Of a DNA stretch of 64,000 nucleotides, positions 58,739-64,000 are shown piece after piece. Each line of letters begins with the position of its first letter. The first letter of the stretch is position 1. The stretch is from Candidatus Sumerlaeaceae bacterium (GTDB lineage Bacteria > Sumerlaeota > Sumerlaeia > Sumerlaeales > Sumerlaeaceae), in the NCBI GenBank assembly GCA_049968255.1, contig JBMFRB010000008.1:60279-124278 (forward strand), read 5' to 3'. Made by a program: the position numbers and the translations under genes. The notes under the pieces were generated by a model. It did no database searches. It was not told the origin of the DNA and was given only the letters and a program-made list of their open reading frames with translations.

Positions 58739-60244
58739 ATGATGAATGAGCAGCCGGCCAACACGACGCAAGGCGTGTGGATCCGTACCACCCTGGTTTG
58801 CTTGGCGCTTTGGCTGACATTTATTTACGTGCGCCACGATGAGATCGGCTGGAATGCGAAATCGCGTCTGTGCCTGACCTATGCGCTTGTGGACGAAGCC
58901 ACCGTACGTGTGGACCATTTCTGGCAACGTCCCGAGCTTTCGACGCGCGACATTGCAACGGTCGATGGCCACTATTATTCGGACAAAATCATTGGCACCT
59001 CGCTCCTCGGCGTGCCGGCTTTGGCAGCAGTGCGTCTCGTCGAGCGCCTGCAGAACCGCCCATTCCCGCCGCCAGTTCGCCACTGGCTCGTCGCAGCCGG
59101 TTCCGTTGCCCTTTTGGGGGCAGCGGCTGGTGGCATGTTTTACCGATTAGCGGCGCGTTACCTGCGCGAAATAGGCCTAGGCCTACGCCAAACAGAGCTG
59201 CTTGCCTTTGTCGCAACTGTGGGCACATTCTGCGGGACTATGCTTCTGCTCTATAGTGGCGTGGTCATGCCCTATTTGCCCGCAATTTTCTTTTTGCTCC
59301 TCGCACTGTTTCTTCTCGAACGTGCTGACTCCGGCGAGCCAAGGACACGGTTGACCGGCGCAAGATCCTTTGCGATCGGACTATCGCTTGGGCTAGCGAT
59401 TCTATGCGAATACCTCGCCGCCTGGCCTGCTGTTTTGTTATTATGTTATTTTGCTATGGTCACCCGACACTGGCGTAAATGCTTGATTGCTGGCATCGGC
59501 TTGCTTGGGGGAATCACTCCTTTCGCCCTTTACTGCTTTGCGATCTTTGGTCGCTTCACAATCCCTTATGAATATGAGCTTGAGACGTTCTTTCGGCAAT
59601 CCATGAGTCGCGGTCTTATGGGAGCCACCCTGCCTAAGCTCAGCGTCGCCTATCTTCTGGCATTTCATCCGTACAGAGGGCTGTTCTTTTATTCGCCCCA
59701 TCTCCTGCTGGCCGTGCTTGGCGTCATCGTCAGCTGGCGTCGTGGTTCGCGGTGGCGCCAGCGAAGCCTCGTGTTTGTTGGCGCATTTCTTGGGATTTTC
59801 CTCTACAATGCCGGCTATTATCTGTGGTGGGGGGGGTGGGGCCTTGCGCCGCGTTTTCTCGCTGTGGGAGTCCCCTTTCTTGCGCTCCTGAGCGTGCCCG
59901 CTCTAAGTTCGCTCGCGGCGCGAGTTATTTACGTCCTTGCGGGAAGCTGGGGTGTGTGCGCGTACGTCGTCATGAATTTCATGCCACACGATTTTCCGGA
60001 GCGCCCACACGGTGCTCCGCTCGAGTCGTTGCTCTTTCCTGATTTTGCGCATTTCGAGTATCCCAACCTTTTCGCGCGCTACGTTTGCCCGAAGTTTCTC
60101 TTGGGGGAAACTGACTGGAGCTTAGCGACAGCACTCGGGTTATCTGGCCTTTCCGCTTTGATTCCTCTCGCCATTGTTTGGCTCGGGATCTACGCCGCAT
60201 TTATTATTTCTCTTCCAAGGGCGCCTCTTACTGCCGCAGAATAA
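58739..60244 (+). CDS. Polytopic membrane protein, probable GT-C fold
   Basis: SRLCLTYALVD, GHYYSDK..G, PYRGLFFYSP, WWGGWGLAPRFL. Confidence 0.65.
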   Translation: MMNEQPANTTQGVWIRTTLVCLALWLTFIYVRHDEIGWNAKSRLCLTYALVDEATVRVDHFWQRPELSTRDIATVDGHYYSDKIIGTSLLGVPALAAVRLVERLQNRPFPPPVRHWLVAAGSVALLGAAAGGMFYRLAARYLREIGLGLRQTELLAFVATVGTFCGTMLLLYSGVVMPYLPAIFFLLLALFLLERADSGEPRTRLTGARSFAIGLSLGLAILCEYLAAWPAVLLLCYFAMVTRHWRKCLIAGIGLLGGITPFALYCFAIFGRFTIPYEYELETFFRQSMSRGLMGATLPKLSVAYLLAFHPYRGLFFYSPHLLLAVLGVIVSWRRGSRWRQRSLVFVGAFLGIFLYNAGYYLWWGGWGLAPRFLAVGVPFLALLSVPALSSLAARVIYVLAGSWGVCAYVVMNFMPHDFPERPHGAPLESLLFPDFAHFEYPNLFARYVCPKFLLGETDWSLATALGLSGLSALIPLAIVWLGIYAAFIISLPRAPLTAAE

Positions 60245-61970
60245 CGATGCGGTTGATCCACGCACCCATCGGCGCTGGAGAGGCAAACGGGTAGCAAACG
60301 CGGTTGACGCGCAGCTCAAGCGTGTTGAGCCCCTCACGAACCAGCTCACGCGGCACATCGAACCACGGCATATCCTCGTAAGAGGGATCCACCTTTAACA
60401 GGACCAGTTCGCCAAATTCTTTCCCGTTCATGGAAAGTTCAATCGTTGTCGGCTGGTACGGAAACACTTGCGATATCGCTTCGCAACGAATGCGCAACGC
60501 CTCTGCCTGTGGCAGATTGAACACAAGGCCCGCCTTAGGCGGCATGATGCAGGTGCCCCACGGCTCCTGATAAGTGAAACCGTAACGGAGGTAGGGAGCA
60601 TTGGGGTTATGCCGTAGCTCTAGTGTCCCGTTGTACGGCAGGTTCACTTCACTCGGCGAGGGCATGGGACCGCGCGTCCATTCGCCGTACGTCAAACAGT
60701 GAAGAATCTGCGGCATGCGCCAGTTCCAAGTGTTGGGTTCTTTTGACATACTCATGAGCACGTTCCACGACTCATAGTCGCGGCTCACCCCGAGAAACTG
60801 AATCCCTGCGCTGAGAAGAAAAAGCAGTCCAGGCACCAGGGCGCGCAGCGGTCGCTCGAGAAGTCTCGCGAAAAGCGGCGCAGCGCCGATGAGCATAAAA
60901 GGGACACTGTCGAGGCTATAGCGCGAGCCATAGCAGTGTCCGCCAAACCATCCGTAAAAAAATCCACGCGCGAGGATGCTCACGAGTGCACTTCCCGCCA
61001 GCATTGCAAGCCACGGATCCCGCCGCACATACGTCAGATGACGCAACATAGGGCTAACAGTCAGGAGCAGTATTGGCGAAAAGATGAACATTCCCCGGTT
61101 CGGCGCAAAGAGGTGACCAAACAGGCGGCGCGGGTAAGCACTCAAGGTGTCAGGCCCAAGCGCATCGAGGGAAACGTAAGTCCCCAACGGCTTCCCATAA
61201 ACCAGCAAATTGTGGCCAATCCACACGCAGGCCACCGCAAGGGCTGCACTCGCGCCAACAAGGAAATCGCGACGACGGCGCGTAAGTGCGAAAAGGGCAA
61301 CGATCCCAATGACCGGCGAGAGTGCGGGTCGACACCAAAAACACAATCCAAGCAACGCCCCCCCAGTCGCTAAGCGCAAGATCCGGCGGCTTTCCCCTTC
61401 GAGAACACACAGCGCTGCTAACAGTGTAAAGAGGGCGCCCGTATGTTGCCACAAGCAACGGCTTGCAGTGCTCCATGCCGCTGTCCCAAATGCCAAGGCT
61501 AGACCCACAAAAATCGCTGAACGTCGCCCCCAGTGGCGAGCCAAATGGGTAGCCATTCCCGCAGAGAACGCCGTGAGAATAGTTGCAGCAAGACTATCGA
61601 GAAAAACGACGTTCTCGTCAGTGAATTCCATCCCGAGCACACGCGCCATCAGAAAAAACGGAGCCGCGAGCAGGGCCGTTCCCACCGGCGTATGCGAACG
61701 CACCGCCCCACTCTCGAGCACTTTGAGAGAGTAAAAACGGTTCGGATCGATGGGAAGCTCTGCAAAATTCAGCGAGCCACGCGTGGCCAGCAATGTTGCG
61801 CCCCAGCGCAAGGGCTGATTGTCGCGACTGCTTTGGATAAGCGGTTTATAGAGATAAACCACGAAGCACAGTAGTGCCACGACCAAGGCCGGCGAAGTGC
61901 TCGTCGCCCAGCGCATGCTGGCACACCATAGCTTTTTGCTCTCCTCACGTATTGCGGAAAAGTGCATCAT
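60228..61970 (-). CDS. Polytopic membrane protein, probable GT-C fold, with C-terminal soluble domain
   Basis: ASRCLWQH, APNRGMFIFSP, WFGGHCYGSRY; start may be 61916. Confidence 0.65.
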   Translation of the reverse strand: MMHFSAIREESKKLWCASMRWATSTSPALVVALLCFVVYLYKPLIQSSRDNQPLRWGATLLATRGSLNFAELPIDPNRFYSLKVLESGAVRSHTPVGTALLAAPFFLMARVLGMEFTDENVVFLDSLAATILTAFSAGMATHLARHWGRRSAIFVGLALAFGTAAWSTASRCLWQHTGALFTLLAALCVLEGESRRILRLATGGALLGLCFWCRPALSPVIGIVALFALTRRRRDFLVGASAALAVACVWIGHNLLVYGKPLGTYVSLDALGPDTLSAYPRRLFGHLFAPNRGMFIFSPILLLTVSPMLRHLTYVRRDPWLAMLAGSALVSILARGFFYGWFGGHCYGSRYSLDSVPFMLIGAAPLFARLLERPLRALVPGLLFLLSAGIQFLGVSRDYESWNVLMSMSKEPNTWNWRMPQILHCLTYGEWTRGPMPSPSEVNLPYNGTLELRHNPNAPYLRYGFTYQEPWGTCIMPPKAGLVFNLPQAEALRIRCEAISQVFPYQPTTIELSMNGKEFGELVLLKVDPSYEDMPWFDVPRELVREGLNTLELRVNRVCYPFASPAPMGAWINRIVILRQ

Positions 61971-62097
61971 AGCCGCACACCTGCGACGTCTCGCACGGAA
62001 AGGTCCACTTTTTTTTCATGGGTCCGTCCCCTCTGCGAATCCAGCATGTTCCTTTTCTTGCCAACAAACCAAGAGCCTTTCGGTATGTTTTAGGCAA

Positions 62098-62595
62098 ATG
62101 GCTGAAGCGACTCGCCCAGCTCTAATCCTATTTTCGCACGGTTCCACACTCTGTGGTGCTGCCCAGGCTCTTCGCGAACACGCTGCGCGCCTGCGTTCCT
62201 GCGCCGAGTGGGAGATGGTCGAAGTGGGATTCCTGAACTTTTCCTCGCCACGATTCTCTGACGTCGTGACCAGACTTGTAGCGTGCGGCACCTCAAAAAT
62301 CGTTGTTGTTCCCTATTTTTTGGTTGCTGGCAAGTTCGTGTGTGAGGATCTCTCCGCCGAAATTGCCAAGCTTCGCGTGCTGTTTCCTCAGGTCGAATTT
62401 TTGGTCGCCGAGCCCTTCGGCTATGATCCCCTGCTCGCCGAGATTCTTCTCGATTTAGCTGCAAACGCGTTGCCTCACGAGCACTGGCGCGACGACCTTC
62501 TCAAAGCAGCCGATTTTTGCGAAGAGCGGCAGGATTGTTCTCTCTACGGAGCGCCGCCATGCAAAGCCAGCGCAGCTCAGGGAGCGCACCTATGA
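62098..62595 (+). CDS. CbiX/SirB-family chelatase half-domain with Cys-rich tail
   Basis: LFSHGS, VEVGFLNFSSP, VPYFLVAGKF, tail CEERQDCSLYGAPPC. Confidence 0.8.
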   Translation: MAEATRPALILFSHGSTLCGAAQALREHAARLRSCAEWEMVEVGFLNFSSPRFSDVVTRLVACGTSKIVVVPYFLVAGKFVCEDLSAEIAKLRVLFPQVEFLVAEPFGYDPLLAEILLDLAANALPHEHWRDDLLKAADFCEERQDCSLYGAPPCKASAAQGAHL

Positions 62596-62975
62596 AGACA
62601 GCCCTGGTCGTCATGCTTCACGGTAGTCCCTATCCAACTTCCAACGAGCCTGCGCTTCGGGTTGTGGAGGACGTGCGCGCACGCGGCGCGTTCGACGAGG
62701 TTGTCGTGGGCTACCTCGAATGCAATGAGCCTTCCATTGCTGAGGTCCTCAAGCGCTGTGTCAAAGCTGGTGCCCGGCGCATCGTCGCAGTCCCCTATTT
62801 TCTCCATTTCGGGACGCACGTGGGCGTAGATTTACCTGCGCTCCTCGACGAGGCGCGGCAAACGTGGCCCGACGTGGAATTCCTGATGAGCCGCTATCTT
62901 GGCAGCTCGCCTTTGCTGACCGATCTACTCGCCAAACGTGCCAGAGAAGTCCTAGCACCGCGAGAACAGTGTTGA
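62592..62975 (+). CDS. cbiX: CbiX(S)-type sirohydrochlorin chelatase
   Basis: LHGS, GYLECNEPSI, VPYFLHFGTHV..DLP; ATGA overlap with the upstream gene. Confidence 0.85.
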   Translation: MKTALVVMLHGSPYPTSNEPALRVVEDVRARGAFDEVVVGYLECNEPSIAEVLKRCVKAGARRIVAVPYFLHFGTHVGVDLPALLDEARQTWPDVEFLMSRYLGSSPLLTDLLAKRAREVLAPREQC

Positions 62976-63000
62976 ATTGCACTCGCCGCGTGTTGTCTCT

Positions 63001-64000
63001 ATGCATGGAGAACGTCATTCCCGTGGAGTAACTTCACCCGTGTCGAAGCTCAGAATCTTAGCGTTGCTCAGCATGTTCGTGGTGATTTTTGCCGTGTCCT
63101 ATACTGTGCTCCAGAAAATGCCCCAGTGGACTTCGAAAGTCGCGCCCCAGGCCGCCATGCTTATGCAGCCCAAAGAGGCGGCTGCTGGCAAGGAGCGAAC
63201 GGCACAGGATCCGGGAGGCCGCGGCGCCACGCGTGATTTGTCCAAGGTTGTGGAATCGTATCGTCAGCAGGAGCAATTGGCCAAGGCCGCACCTGTTGAA
63301 GCCGCGGACCAAGGCACGTCGTCAGCAAGTGCGTTGCCTCGTTCGGCACTTGCCGCTCCAGTGCGCACCCCTCCTCCCACGCTTAAAATTATCCGCGAGT
63401 GGCCCACGGGCAAAAAGCGCGTGGCCCTCACCTTCGACGATGGCCCACACCCTGAGTACACACGCAAATTCCTTGCGATGCTCGCGGAGAAGAATGTCAA
63501 AGCCACTTTTTTTCTGCTTGGCCCAAACGTGGAGAAACAGCCCGACGTTGTCCGCGAAATCGTCGCTGCTGGCCACGAGGTGGGAAATCACAGTTGGAGC
63601 CATCCTGTGCTCAACAAGCTGGCGCCGGAAAAGATCCGTGAGGAATTAGAAAAGACTACTCGGGCAATTGCCGAAGCCTCAGGCGCGCAGGTCCGTTTCG
63701 TTCGTCCGCCGTACGGCAGTGCCAATAAAAAAGTTCAGGATATTTGCGATAGTCTGGGCGCGAGAATCATTTGCTGGAGCATCGACACCGACGACTGGCG
63801 CAAGCAGACGACGAAAGAGAAAATGGTCGAAACCATTAAAAGGAACGTTCGCGACGGCGCGATCGTTCTCATGCACGATCGTTTCGACAAATCGTATGAA
63901 ACCACGGCGGAAATCATTGATGCGCTGCGTGCGCAGGGCTACGAATTTGTCACAGTCGGCGAACTGCTCGGCTTCGGTCCCCAGCCCGTCCAGGCTAGCG
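63001..64000 (+). CDS. Polysaccharide deacetylase (NodB/CE4), running off the window end
   Basis: Hand translation: N-terminal TM, VALTFDDGPH (63421), ATFFLLG, GHEVGNHSWSH, RPPYG, WSIDTDDW, IVLMHD; no stop before the end of the window. Confidence 0.9.
   Translation, partial: MHGERHSRGVTSPVSKLRILALLSMFVVIFAVSYTVLQKMPQWTSKVAPQAAMLMQPKEAAAGKERTAQDPGGRGATRDLSKVVESYRQQEQLAKAAPVEAADQGTSSASALPRSALAAPVRTPPPTLKIIREWPTGKKRVALTFDDGPHPEYTRKFLAMLAEKNVKATFFLLGPNVEKQPDVVREIVAAGHEVGNHSWSHPVLNKLAPEKIREELEKTTRAIAEASGAQVRFVRPPYGSANKKVQDICDSLGARIICWSIDTDDWRKQTTKEKMVETIKRNVRDGAIVLMHDRFDKSYETTAEIIDALRAQGYEFVTVGELLGFGPQPVQAS

Noticed and set aside
63089-63649. 186-aa plus-strand ORF in the track
   Set aside because: Wrong frame; the real gene is the open-ended NodB deacetylase starting near 63001.
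1-64000. CRISPR arrays, IS elements, prophage, tRNA/rRNA, defence systems
   Set aside because: By eye I found no regularly spaced direct repeats, transposase/integrase motifs, cloverleafs or rRNA-like sequence; short or divergent elements could have been missed.

Overview
A 64-kb stretch of core chromosome from a moderately GC-rich diderm bacterium (TolQ/R/A-like, ExeAB and AmpG genes). The gene style is reminiscent of the BRC1/Sumerlaeota lineage, but that assignment is only an impression. About 50 CDSs, mostly housekeeping and envelope genes: ampG-like permease, mqnD, a clan GH-A glycoside hydrolase, hisG, ruvA, exeAB, asnB, Nif3, tandem thyX, tolQRA-like, parAB, an M16 peptidase pair, bcp, ldcA-spmA-spmB, several GT2/GT4/GT-C glycosyltransferases, moaB/mog, split cbiX and a truncated polysaccharide deacetylase. 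I saw no CRISPR array, transposase, phage gene, rRNA or tRNA. The best signals are ones the ORF track misses: (1) a probable replication origin at ~21.25-21.62 kb, with DnaA boxes and a Bacillus-type box-box-spacer-trio unwinding module, no dnaA gene in the window, and parAB plus two parS sites 7-9 kb away; (2) a ~190-nt multi-helix, possibly pseudoknotted RNA-like element beside that origin; (3) an unannotated 29-aa bS22-type ribosomal protein gene; (4) a TPR-LysM-YkuD protein whose catalytic Cys is replaced by Trp; (5) candidate peptidoglycan-recycling permeases (AmpG, SpmA) that both carry extra soluble domains. Start codons were adjusted by eye. All functional calls come from motif recognition, not database searches.
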